In this document: positions 1-11,998 of the stretch, in pieces
Position numbering within the stretch: position 1 is the stretch's first letter
Layout of the letters: every line of letters starts with the position of its first letter
NCBI RefSeq assembly: GCF_011745625.1
Contig: NW_027191457.1
Span: 186,001-250,000, forward strand
Reading direction: 5' to 3'
DNA from: Cladosporium halotolerans
Taxonomy: Eukaryota
DNA: 64,000 nt
Position numbers and translations under genes: made by a program
The notes under the pieces: generated by a model
The model's database searches: none
What the model saw: only the letters and a program-made list of their open reading frames with translations
Told to the model about the DNA's origin: nothing

Positions 1-1165
1 AAAATCCTTCGGGTCGAGGGCATATTCTAGCAAGTTCGGACCTCCAGTTGCAGTGATTCGATGTTTCTTGAGGATCGCTTTACCCTTGTCCGTTTTGAGT
101 TGTTCAAGATCCTCGATCCCTGCCCTTGTCAAGGCTTCATCGGCACATTCACAGTGCTTCGCCAGATCAGTGTGCAGTCGGCCACAGACCGCTTTCAAAT
201 CGTTCTCGTTCGAGAGGTCAAGGTCTTCACCAGTGAGGTTTTCTGGACGTGCTTCCCGACCAGTCTCCCTGGTCTGTCGCGCGCGACGTTGCGTCTGCGT
301 CCTCTGCTTTTTCTGCACAGACAGAGGACCTAGCAAGAAAGAAGGCACGGGAGGCCTCGAGTTGTAAGGAACGCAGGCGTGGCGACCAAGCAGTTCCCAG
401 TCCAACGGCTCGCCAATTGGATCATCGTCACTTTCGTCATCGCTATACTGGCGATTTTGATTCCGTCTTCTACGGTTCTGCGTCGGAACAGGGTCACCCT
501 CTACAGGTCCACCATTTCGCATGTACGTAATACATTTGGAAAGGAACTCATCCACATCCACTCCGCTGCTGGTGTCACCCAAGACAAGCTGGTTCGCTTT
601 GCGATAAGCAAGATCTGACACATTGACTAGCAAACGAGAGTCTGAGGTGGCATCGTTCGTCTGCTTGATGCCGTTGAAGATATTATTCGCCTTCTCCACT
701 GTCTCTGTGAGTCGCGAGTCGTTGGTCTTCAGGATCTCGTCGCGATTTTCTACCCCCGTCAGCCTCCCTTCAAAACAAAGTACTTGAGGTTGCTCACTCA
801 CCGTTGAACTCTCGCTCTAATGCCCTGCTTTTACGCTTGATGTCCCTCCTCTCATCCGCATCTTGATTCGGATCGAAGTATCTCGTGAACCGATCGTCCG
901 TCTCTTCCCCATCTTCATCAGGTGACGCAACCGCGGCCCTCGATTCGACGCGTCTACGCTTCTGGGCTCTCAAATGACCGTGGCTGTCTGCAGAATTTGG
1001 CGTAGGGAAACTATCGCGCGAAGGCATGTTGGAGCCGCGCTGCTTGCGGGTATCGCGTCGCGTGTTCGGGTCGCGATTTTCCTGATCGGAAGCAGTCGGC
1101 GCGGGTGTCTCAGAAGCGTATCGCGATGACGCTGCGGTGGATACTCTGTTGTTCACTCGCGCCAT
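1..1165 (-). CDS. NSE4: SMC5/6 complex kleisin subunit Nse4 (3' part runs off the window start)
   Basis: Exon 1 is 1165-802 (…RYFDPNQDADERRDIKRKSRALEREFN). The intron 801-750 reads GTGAGT..CTGAC..TAG. Exon 2 reads ENRDEILK…KQTNDATSDSRLLVNVSDLAYRKANQL…FLLGPLSVQKK…GGPNLLEYALDPKDF, which matches remembered Nse4 N-terminal (DATxDSRLLV) and Nse4_C-start motifs. Confidence 0.85.
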
Positions 1166-1796
1166 TGCTCAAGAGTGAAGAGTGAGGTATTGTGTTACGC
1201 GAGAAAGTCGCTCCAGAGCCGGCTGTGTCGCGTCCAGGTCCGGTGAGAGGGCGCAGTGACTGCGGCGTGCTGAGGGACTCGCTAAAGTGAATGTGGCCTC
1301 GGTAGGCAGCATCAACAGCTGCACGCTCGAGCCACGCTCAATGGATGATGCGATCAATCTGTTGCGAAAGAATTGGACGAGACTATCACTACCGCGGGGC
1401 CATCACCAATTAATCGCGTGAAGACGCGCTCTGAGACGTAGGGCTTGGGGACACGGATTGCCCGAACGAGCCGACGCGATGTGCGCTAGTCCGGAATTGG
1501 CACGTAGCCTCACTTCATTGCTCGTTCAACCCTTCCCTTCCTGCCAACAGTGACTGCAACTGCAGTTGATCGAATGGCTCGAAAATGGAGTACAAAAAAC
1601 ATCACTCATTCGCGATATACACCAACAGTACGAATGATGCAGCCAGCAAAATGGGCAAATGTTTGGTCAACCGAACAGTTCCATATCGCTATCGAATTCC
1701 ATCCTCAAGACTCGTATCCACATAATGTTGCGCAGTCTCACAATGCATCCGTTCAACAACTGCTTGCTCAACGCAAGATTCTCGCAGCTCCTAAGT

Positions 1797-2537
1797 TCAG
1801 CACGCATTCCTGATCTGCGGGATTCTCACGCGCAGCTTCACTTCGCCACCTTGTCCATCGCTTGAATCCGAAGAATCTCCCGAATCATCCACCTCACCCT
1901 CATATGCTCCCACCAGCTCGCTCGACAGCGCCTCGCTCAACGCAACCTCCCTCTCAACCTCCTCCTCGGGATCAAAGAAGGAAACCGTAAACCTCCCATC
2001 CAGCACAATCCCCACCTCCTCATGCTCCCACTCCCTCATCCTCACCTTCCCATTCGCAGCATGCACCAGCAGCTTTCTAGCCCTCATCCACCCCTCCGCC
2101 TCCTCCAGACATCTCCAGCCCACCCTCGGCAACCTGACCTTGTCATAAAGCACCTTCTGGCTCCCCGCCGCATGCAGCGTCGAAATCGCGCCGAAAAGCA
2201 CCTTCTCGAACCCCTCGAAATCGTAACGCACATCGTCCGGCTCCGCGGCCTGGTGCGTGAGGGCGTCTTCGTACGCTTCGAGAGCCGCGAGCAGCGCGTC
2301 GACGACCTCTGCGCGCGAGCGGAAGTCCGTCCAGCGGTGGAATGAGTCGCGGAATTGGCGCAGGAGGCATAGGACGGACCAGTGCTGCTTGAGCATGTCG
2401 TAGACGAGGAGGAGAGCTGTGCGGTGGTGCTCGTGCTGGTGGGCGGAGAGGGGGTCGTTGCTGCGGGCGAGGCGGCGGCGTTGGAGGGACTGGAGGTGGT
2501 TGAATTGGCGGACTTTGCTGAATATGAGCGCCGGCAT
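1797..2537 (-). CDS. Hypothetical protein (246 aa, single exon, acidic C-terminus)
   Basis: ATG-initiated 741-nt ORF with the same C-rich 5' / G-rich 3' composition as neighbouring genuine genes. No family recognised. Confidence 0.6.
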   Translation of the reverse strand: MPALIFSKVRQFNHLQSLQRRRLARSNDPLSAHQHEHHRTALLLVYDMLKQHWSVLCLLRQFRDSFHRWTDFRSRAEVVDALLAALEAYEDALTHQAAEPDDVRYDFEGFEKVLFGAISTLHAAGSQKVLYDKVRLPRVGWRCLEEAEGWMRARKLLVHAANGKVRMREWEHEEVGIVLDGRFTVSFFDPEEEVEREVALSEALSSELVGAYEGEVDDSGDSSDSSDGQGGEVKLRVRIPQIRNAC

Positions 2538-3162
2538 GTTTGCGTGTGGCGCGGTGCCCTAGTTGGAGATATCGTTGGATTGGTGACTTAGAGGGTTGTG
2601 GAATTGAGCGGGTCGTGGGCGATGGTTTGTTTTGGGTTGGTTTCTCGATGTGGAAGGAGCGAGCGTCGCGACTGGATTAGCATGCGGCTGCGCGGAAGGC
2701 AGGCAGCTCAGCAGGAGAAAACTCCAGTGAGGAACTGTCCATAGTGTCTTCACTTCGGCCTCATGGCTATTCGCAGGCTTCCAAATATCGATCCGGAGCA
2801 GTGAAGCATTCTGAGATTGCTTGCAGATCTTTGTGCGATCGAACCCTGGACCATTCTGCCTATAACATCCCCCCTCCCAAAGCAATTGGCGTGTTTTGCT
2901 ATGATTGCCTTGACGCTACAATCGTTACGCCAAAGCACAAACCGCATCTTTGTTACCCAGGTCGATCATAGAAGCTTTCAAGCCCCTCGGTGATTTTCGA
3001 TCTCCGCGTTCACGTAGCCATTCGGTTCGGCAACTCAAGGATGTCCAGTCACAGTCGGCATGAGACGTAGCGAGGAATCTTGACCGATCAAAATCGGGAA
3101 GACGTGGCCGGCCTGCCAACAGCGCATTCGATCGCCAGAATTGATACCCCAAATTCCACCTC

Positions 3163-4870
3163 CTAGCGGAAGATCTCCTGATCATACTCCGGCGGACACA
3201 GCTCAGTCCAAGGCAAATAGCCCCGATCCGGCAGATGAGCACCGCCCGTGGCATCCACACCCTCGTGGACCATAGCACCAACGACACTCCTCGCATGGCG
3301 CTGCACCCACATATTCTCCCACTGGTATTCGCGAGCGGCCTTATCTCCGTTGTGGTGGATCATGATCGGGATCCTGTTCAAGCACAAATTCGTGTAAAGC
3401 GGCACGTGGTCCCATCTGTCGGCGTTCGAGCCGCTCTCGTCCGTCCGGATGTTCTTCAGCGGCGAGCCGTAGCGCAGAACATCGTTCGGCAACTGCCCTG
3501 TGACGCGCGAGGGGCAGTCGAAAGTCTCGCGGTTCTGCTCGACCTGCTCTGGAATGTTGTCTTCGTAGACGATGTACTTGGAGTCTTCCTCGGAATTGAC
3601 GGTCTGCTGGATGAAATCGGAGAAGTAGTCGAGGCCGATTCCGAACTCGTCCGGCTTGCTAGCCTTCGGCTTTCCAGGCTGGTGATGGAAGCTGGGGTTG
3701 AGAGGGTCGTCGACGAGGGTGCTGTAGATGTGGTTGGGGGCCGGAACGCCAGCGCGGTCGCGGATCTTGTCGGCCATGCCGTAGTGGCGGCGGCGCATGA
3801 CCTCGCGCTGGTATTCCTGCTCGCCGAAGATGACGGCGAACAGGGCTTGGTCGCTGCCGTGGTACATGAAGTCCGAGCCGTGGCTGCCGTCGTCGTACTC
3901 CATGTCGCGTTCGGTCTCCGTGGCTTTCTCTGCGGCGCGTTTGAAGAGGGCGCGCAGGTCGGCTTTGGGGCCCATGATGAAGCCTGAGTTCAGCCAGCGC
4001 TGGCGGAAGCTGTACCACAGATTGCGGCCGAGATTCGAGTCCGTGTTGTTGCCGTAAAGGTCGTGAGGTAAGGGCGAATCTGGGATTGGGAAGCAACCGA
4101 TCGTCTGCACCTGATTAGGAGCACACCGCTTTCCTGAGCCGAAAATGATCGTTTGTTTCAAACCCTCTTTTTCAACAGCTGTGCCTAGCCTCTGCAGCAG
4201 CCCTTCATTTGCGTCTTCGTTGGTGGCGTAGTATCTTTCAATAAGAACTTCCGGCCTCAATTGAAACCAAATATCTGTTCAAAAGTGAGTAAACCAACCG
4301 TGAGCCGTGCATCGGATGTCACATCACTCACCGTAAGCATCCATCATGACCACCAAATCGTCATCCGCCGCATCAGTCGTTTCTTGCAGCCATTTAAGCA
4401 CAGCACTGATCTTGGCCAAGTGACTGCCACCCCCAAGCAAATAGTCTGTACCATGTCGATTAGTACTGCATTCACATGCCAATAAATATCTTATACACCC
4501 TTACCGGTATCATAGGTCTCTCCCCAAGCCAAGAGAGTTGGGTCCGGATACCCCAAAGCGCTGGACGTCAACAGCGTCTTACACAGGTTGACGTCGGGAT
4601 TGTTCGCCGGGATAAGCACGTGGAGCTTCGTCTCGTTCACCGCATGGATCGCAGACGGTCTGCCCGGACGCATGTGATCGTCCCATTTCGAGACTACCGC
4701 TTTGCGCGTGTTCTGGACGATGTGAGTAAGATCATCCCACGAGAAGATCAGAAGGGTGAACGAACATCATGAAAGCCAACGAGCGAGAGTCCCACAACCG
4801 CGAGGAAGAGCCCAGCAACGAGGATATACAGCCGAGGACGGCGTGATCCGGCCGTAGGGAAAACAGCCAT
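3163..4870 (-). CDS. Type II membrane glycosyltransferase-like protein, PLOD/LH3 GT-domain-like (paralog A)
   Basis: Exons 4870-4766, 4712-4505, 4445-4332 and 4274-3163, with canonical introns 4765-4713, 4504-4446 and 4331-4275. N-terminal TM (LYILVAGLFLAVVGLSLVGF), then LHVLIPA..NLCKTL..LGYP, GGSHLAKI, MMDAYDIWFQLRPE, RWLNSGFIMG, SDQALFA, IHHNGDK. Confidence 0.8.
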
Positions 4871-6451
4871 AGTCGATCGAGAAGACTCTCAGACAACGAA
4901 ACCTAAGCAGGCAGGCAAGCAAGCAATCACGCAAGTCCGGTTCGAGCACCAAAGAAAGAAAGAAACGTCTGCCCAAGAATAAACAAGAACCTACCAAGTC
5001 CCAACGACAAAACCGCAAACCGGAAACCCCCAGGATCTCCGACTCCACTTATCATCACAGCACAAACATCCCATTCTACCAGTAACCGATCTCCGACGAC
5101 CCATCCACCCATCTCCCCTTCGCCAGGGGCGCCGCGCTAGGAGCTTCGTCCTGCCTACCCTTCGATTGGGGAAAAGTAAACCATTCCCCCAAATCTCCCA
5201 AGCCCAGCTATCCACCAGCGACCGCGCCCAGCCGCGCTAGCAGCCGCTTTGGCCGAACTGGCGATAAAAGGCTGATTTCCCAAAGCCGTAGTGCGCTGGC
5301 GCCGCAACGCACGCAAGGGACACAGATACTAGCGGCGCCGCGGAGCTCCACGGGTAGATGAAAGAGCGGGAACGAAGTAGATGATGCTTGACGGCGTCAA
5401 GCAGCAAGAGCTCAAAGAGAGAGGGAGCGCAAACGGCTGGCTGCCAGCCCTGCCGATGTACCCGACTCCAGTTCCTCGGCGGCGACGGACCGCGCAGGGC
5501 CAGCGTGGGTTCGCCGTAACGAGGCCCCATAGGGCGGGCCTAGCGGGATGGTGCCTGGAGAGGCGGGCGCTGCGATCCGTGGGACCAGATCCCTGGCCTG
5601 CGTTGCGACTGCGACTTGTAGGCCACGTCGCAGAATGAGTCACCGCCAGAAACGGGCAGTGCCTGTGAGCCAAGGGCTGGGCGAGCGAGAGCGTGTGAAG
5701 ACTGTGCATGAGGTTCAAGAAGATGGGGAATTTTGCTTGGAGGGTCGCAACTGTGCTGTGAACTTTGGCCCGCGGGGTGGCGGCTTGCTCCGCTTGTGAT
5801 TCGCTGCGATCCTCCCTTGGGTCTGGAAGGGCCACAGCCTTACTCTCCGCCTCTCGGCAGATCATTCTGTCCGTCATGCAGGAACATGCCGCTGATTGGA
5901 GAGTATTTCAGTACCGGTGACATACCGCTTGCCTGTGGCGCGGTCATCCAAGAGGGAGACGGCTGTGAGTTGACTTCCTCGGCGTGCAGACTGGAGATTG
6001 GCGAGTTTCGTCGCAGCAGTGACATGCCATCCACCGTGGCGCAAAGCCGACGTGGACGAGATGGCTGATGGCTTCTAACGATCGACTTGACCAGCGAGTA
6101 ATTTTTTTTAGCAGCGACGTGCAATGTGCTGTGGCGCAGAGGTTCAGATGATGGGTATGACGGCTGTGGACCGACTTCCGATCCTGCGGGATGAACAATA
6201 CACAGGGAGATTAAAACCGAGCGAATGGCTGAGATGCTAGCGATCTGTGGCGTCGGGGCGCGGACGTCGACGCGGAATCAATGGCTTTGCACTTAGTCTC
6301 GCCGCGGACGCAAGGGGCCGTCATGATAGTTTGGTCTGACAAACGACTTGTTCCCGCGGCAAGTATCCTAAAACACAAAGATGCGTTCCTCCTCCCGCGC
6401 GCGTCCTCTGCGCGCCTGGGTTGATTCCATCTTCTACAGCTCAGCCAAAAC

Positions 6452-8194
6452 ATGACTGACGATGGTTTGCTAACACGACTGTCTTCGATCCTCGGTCTTC
6501 GCGGGCCAGGATCGAAGTACTCGCCCGACTTCAAACGTCAATACCCAGCTCCCACGAAAGTCACCAGAGGCCTCCTGCTCGCGACCCTCTCGGCTTTCAT
6601 CTTCATAACCATCTACCTGACCGTACGTCGCCACTTGAACCCATGATCCCCAAAAGTCTCGAGACATCACCAACTAACCTCCAACTCCGCCAAGTCCTTC
6701 ACGCCCTCGCGCACCCACCTCCACCCCACCACCCTCTCCCCCCAACCCCCCAACCCACCCGCACCCGCACCCGCCCAAAAATCAACCCTCCACCTCCTCA
6801 TCCCCGCCTCCCGCCCCGACCCCAACCTCTGCAAAGCGCTCGTCTCCGCCCGCGTCCTCGGCTACCCGTCGCCGACCATCATCAACTGGAACACGACCTT
6901 CTCGGACCCCGCGTTCGTCGAAGGCGGCTCGCACCTGGCGAAGATCAACGGCACGGCGGCGTTCCTGGACTCGCTTGGCGCGGACCACGACGGGGATCTG
7001 GTGCTGATGCTGGACGGGTACGATGCGTGGGTGCAGTTGAGGCCGCAGACGCTGGTGGAGAGGTTTTTGGCTGTGAATGGGAGGGCGGACGGGAGGGTGA
7101 AGGGGGAGATGGGGGAGGCGGGCGAGGGGGCGAGGCAGGAGATCGTCTTCGGGTGCCAGAAGAGGTGCTGGCCGTGGAGCGAGAGCGAGTGAGTGCCCAT
7201 TGTGACTTGAGAGAGGTCGGCCGTTGCAGCTTGCTTTTTGCTAACGAGGTCCGCAAGCCCGCCCTGCTACGCCGTCCCCGAATCCTCCCTCGCAACCGAC
7301 ATCTTCGGCCCCGCGACGGACGCCGACGTCGACAACGAAGTCAACCCGTGGATCACGTTCCGGCCGCGCTACCTCAACTCGGGCGTGGCGATGGGCCGCG
7401 TGGGCGCGATGCGCAAGCTGTTCGACCAGGCGCTCGCGCAGGCGCCCGAGGACGCGAACTTCGGCAGCGACCAGTACATCTTCAGCCACATCTTCGGCGA
7501 CCAGGAGCTGTGGCGGGAGATTGTTCGGCGGGACGCCGGGCTGGCGCCGCGGGAGGGGTGGAACGAGACGCACATTGAGGAGGTGAGGGCGAAGGCGGCG
7601 GCGAGGGAGGATGGTAATTTTGAGTTTGGGTTGGGGGTGGATTATGGGAGTGAGATTGGGCTGAACACGGTGTTTGCTGAGGACGATACGGATTGGGTTA
7701 GGTTTGAGGATGAGGAGCAGCTGCGGAGGGTGCAGGATGATCGTGGGATCAGGGAGGAGAAGAGGCGGCTTCGGACGGTGGCGGCGGACATTGAAGACAC
7801 TGCACCTCCCGTGCAGCTGTCTGGGGAGACTACCTGGAAGAACGTGAGTTTGTTCACGGATGTGTGGACGGGGATCTCGCCTGTGGTTATCCACCACAAT
7901 GCGCATCGCGACGGGATGAAAAGCTTGCGCGAGACTTGGTGGCCCGTTGTCTGGTTCCAGGAGAATCTGCGTGGATTGCTCGATGCGACGAGTCCCGGAC
8001 CGCAGAGCTACGTAGCTGTTGAGAGCCGCGACAGCGAAGTCCCACGCCAGTATTGGCCGGCATATGAGGCTGATGAAGGCGACCCCAAGACGTACATAGC
8101 CAGAGATGGCGGCTCGGGGAATTGGTTGGACTATCACGACATATGTGGAGCTTACGACGACGAGCTCTTCCGAGACGGCAGCGGTTGGGTGTAG
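6452..8194 (+). CDS. Type II membrane glycosyltransferase-like protein, PLOD/LH3 GT-domain-like (paralog B)
   Basis: Exons 6452-6622, 6695-7188 and 7258-8194; introns 6623-6694 and 7189-7257 both have CTAAC branch points. TM (GLLLATLSAFIFITIYLT), Pro-rich stem, LHLLIPA..NLCKAL..LGYP, GGSHLAKI, MLDGYDAWVQLRPQ, RYLNSGVAMG, SDQYIFS, IHHNAHR. Confidence 0.8.
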
Positions 8195-9108
8195 ACATGG
8201 CTTTAGCGACGTTTGATAGCCCGATCATGTGTTTTATTTTTTTTTTCCCCCCAAAATTTCTGCTGGCTGGTTTTCGTTTATTTAAAAAGGTGATGTCGTA
8301 CATGTGTGAGGTTATCGCACGTGGATGACACGTGTTGTTGACCAATGCAAGCCTCAGTATCGACTATCGAACGCCATGTTGCGCAATGCGCGTGCTGTGC
8401 CGCCCCACGCCGGCGTGTTTGCATGCGGTGCGTAGGTGGCTTGGGCAAAAGTGTAATTATGTGGCGCGATCAGGTATCGGCATAGAGTTGCGAGGGCATC
8501 GGGAATAGGCAGACGGCCAGTCTGGACGGGATTAGCATAGCGGCTGCCACATATGGATGCCCATGTGAAAGTATAGCATCACGCTCTAGGCCCTCTTGGC
8601 TGCCAGGCTTGCCGTGTCTCTCCTTGGACTTCACTCGCTCTATCGATCAAGCTTGCGTGCGGCGCTGCAGATGCGATTGCAAGTAGCCATGCAGAGCTCC
8701 TGTGCGCGGTCAGCATGAAGACCCTCGCGTGCCTCGGCGTCAGACACAGAGCTGCATCCCTGCGTCCACGTTACGCATTAGGGCATTCGCCGTTCGCCGG
8801 GGAAGGGCCCGCGGGTGTCAACCATGTCGGCGCTGGGGACTAGCAGAAACGGGCGGCGCGACGTGGCCGGCCGCACCCCAGCAGGGCGAATAAGGTGGAC
8901 GCGTGGTGCTCGACGGCCCCCGCCAGACCCAGCAGACGACAGCGGGCTCGCGCGGCCCGCCCGCATCGTCGGGCCTCTGCGGGCGCCCCACTCGAGCCAG
9001 AGGAGGAGTCCATGAACCTTCCCCTCGGTGCGCGCAGCTTAATAAGTGTCGACCCGACTCTGCGGCGCGCGCTCTCGTCGAGTCTCAGCCGCCCGTCGTC
9101 GCAACACC

Positions 9109-10811
9109 ATGTCCGCCCTCTCGGACATGCTCGCGTCGCCCGCCGCAACACAGCTGGGCTTGCTGCTCGTCTTCCTCCTCGTCGCCCTGCGTGCCTTCAC
9201 CAACTGGCGCACGCTGCGACACTTCGAGGGCCCGCGTCTCGCCAAGTTTGGCCGCGGCTGGTTGTTCTGGCATTCCCTGCACGCCCGCGTCAATCGGGCC
9301 CAGTGCGAAGCGCTCAAGCGATATGGTGAGTGTCGTCCCGTCTTGACAATTTAGAAGAGTCCACTCGCAATCCGAATTCGAACGTTGACGCATCCCGCAG
9401 CATCGCCCTGCCGCATCGGTCCCAACCTGCTGGTAACAGACGACGCTGATCTCGTGCGCCACATGAATGCGCCTGGTTCGAAATGGACGCGCTCGGGATG
9501 GTACGACGGTGTGCGCCTCGACGCCCGATATGATTCGGTCTTTTCAGCCCGCGACGAGCGACTCCACGCCGACCTGCGGGCGAAGGAGATTGGCGGGGTG
9601 CGTTGTTTCGTCGTTCAGCGAATCCCTGCTTGTGCGCTCGCTTACACAGCTCTCAGTACAACGGTCGCGACATCGATACCTTGGAGCCCGACATCGACGC
9701 CCGCGTCGACGACATGATCGATCTCCTTCGCACTAAATACAGCAACGCCGTCGTCGACATCGCCGCCATCACTCGCTTCTTCACCCTCGATGTCCTCAGC
9801 ACCGTCGCTTTCGGCCGGCCGTTCGGCTTCATGGCCGCCAACGCCGACCTGTGGGACTACGACAAGACCACCACGCAGGCAATGGTCCTCCTGGAATGGG
9901 TCGTCAACCACCCCAGCTTCCGCCGCTTCTTCCAAAACCCCATCGTCCAAGCCATAGCCGCGCCCAAGCCGACCGACGCAAAGGGCATGGGCCCAGTGTT
10001 AGGATTCGCCCGCGAAGCCGTCGCCGAGCGCTTCGGGCCCAACGCCAAAGTCAAGAAAGACATGCTCGGGCACTTCGTCAGCAAAGGACTCTCGCAACTA
10101 CGCTGCGAAGTCGAAGCGAACCTGCAAATCGTCGCCGGCTCCGACAGCACCACGACCGTCCTGCGCAGCACGCTCTTCCTCCTCGCCGGCACGCCCGTCG
10201 CCTACGCCAAACTGCGCGCCGAGATCGACGCCGCGGCCCTCGCCGGCGCCCTCTCCCACCCAGTGGCAACCTACGCCGAAGCGCAGAAGCTCCCCTACCT
10301 CTCCGCCTGCCTCTGGGAAGGCCTGCGCAACTACCCGCCGCTCTTCGGCCTCAAGGCGAAGCTCGCGCCCAAGGGCGGCGACACGTTCAAGGGCGTGTAT
10401 TACCCCGAGGGCACGGAGGTTGGTATCTGCGACGACGCGCTGTGCCGCAACGAGGGGATTTTCGGCGCCGACGCGCACCTGTTCCGGCCGGACAGGTGGG
10501 TCGAGGCGGACGCCGAGACGCGCGTGCGGTACAGGCAGACGGTCGATGTGGTGTTCGGGAGCGGGCGGTTCATGTGTTTGGGCAGGCACATTGCGATGAT
10601 GGAGCTGCACAAGGCGATTGTCGAGGTGAGGGGAGATCATCGAACCCGTCAGGAGATTCATCCGCGAAGCGGCGTAGACTGACATTCTTTGGAACAGCTG
10701 ATCCGCAACTTCGACTGGCAAATCGCCGACCCCTTCGCGGGCATCGACTCCGTCGCGCACAACGTCCACATCCAGACGAACATGAACCTGCTCGCCACGC
10801 CGAGGTCGTGA
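9109..10811 (+). CDS. Cytochrome P450 monooxygenase (pisatin demethylase/benzoate 4-monooxygenase-like)
   Basis: Exons 9109-9325, 9401-9597, 9657-10625 and 10698-10811. N-terminal TM anchor, RIGPN, I-helix AGSDST, ExxR (EGLRNYPP), FRPDRW and heme motif FGSGRFMCLG. Confidence 0.95.
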
Positions 10812-11500
10812 GCGAAGCGAGCCGGCGAGCAGCCCGACTCACCTTTTTTTTTTGTTTTCATTTCCGTCATCATAGAGGCGCGGGTTGGTTTCGAGTCTCT
10901 CCTTTACGGCGCCAGGCGGAGGTTTCTTGTTTGCATGCGGTTCTGCTCGGCTGACGGCAGCCGAGCACGGTCTTTCCGTTCTTGCCTGTTTCTGCACACC
11001 TAGTGTTTATTCTGTTATACCCGTTTTTTGTTTTCTGCTTGAACGACGAAACACGACATAGAGATAAAGTTCACCGAGGGCGGCTGCACTGGGTTGCGGC
11101 GAGAATTGATTTTGCAAGTCATGAGAATTCTCTTTCTGGTCTTTCTCCGCCGTCTCGTACCTGTTCTGACCGCGAGACGTCCACATCGCAGGACCCATAG
11201 TTGGACGGCCAAAACCCCATCGTGCGGCGACTCTGATGCGCTGGATCGTGCAGGACAAGGGAAAACAAAACATCAATTCGCTCCGCCCCACGAACGGCCG
11301 AGGCCATGTGCACAGATGGTGTGTATGATACAAGAACCTCGCTCCGCCACCCTTTTGTCGAAGTCTGTGTATTTTGTCGAAAGAAGTATGAGAATAAAAG
11401 AGACCCCAAAAGGTAAATCCAAAAACGCCGCGCTCTTGCTGTTGTAGGCAGTGCTTTCTCCACCAGCCCCCTTCGTCCATCCCTCCATCCTTGTCCCCAT

Positions 11501-11998
11501 CTAAGAAGAGAACCTCTTCGTGACCTTCGCAAGAACTGCAACGACCTCGTCAGCACATGCTCTCCCCCCTTCCCCTCCAACCATCGGATGAACTCACTGT
11601 GCAGCGCCACAACGCTGATGATGAACCCAATGCTCAGCACCATGACGACGAACGGGTCGACTTTCAAGCCGGGGCTCTCGTCCGTGTACAGCTTCAGCAT
11701 CGTGCTCGAGCTGCCGCCGGCGCCCGCGGCGCGCGTGCTCGAAGGGCGGGCGTTGGCGACTTTGTCCGCGCGGTCGGCGGCGGCGCGGCGGCGGATGGCT
11801 GTCGCGGGGCCGCCGGGCGGTTTGGGCGAGGCGGGGCGCGCGGTGGTGGCGCCAGAGGCGGTAGGCGGGATGGGGGAGTCGGAGGACTGGGAGGGGGGAG
11901 GGGGTCAGCTTGGGGCGGAGTTGAATGATTGCGGTGGGTGGGTGGTGGGAGGGGAGTTGCCGTGGGGGAGGGTGTGCGGGTTGGGGTGGAAGTACCAT
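11501..11998 (-). CDS. SBH1: Protein transport Sec61 beta subunit
   Basis: Predicted ATG-only first exon (11998-11996) and intron of about 11995-11887. The next exon reads SSDSPIPP…[10 protein letters not shown]…[42 protein letters not shown], followed by an intron and a last exon [11 protein letters not shown]. This is the diagnostic Sec61beta signature. Confidence 0.95.
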
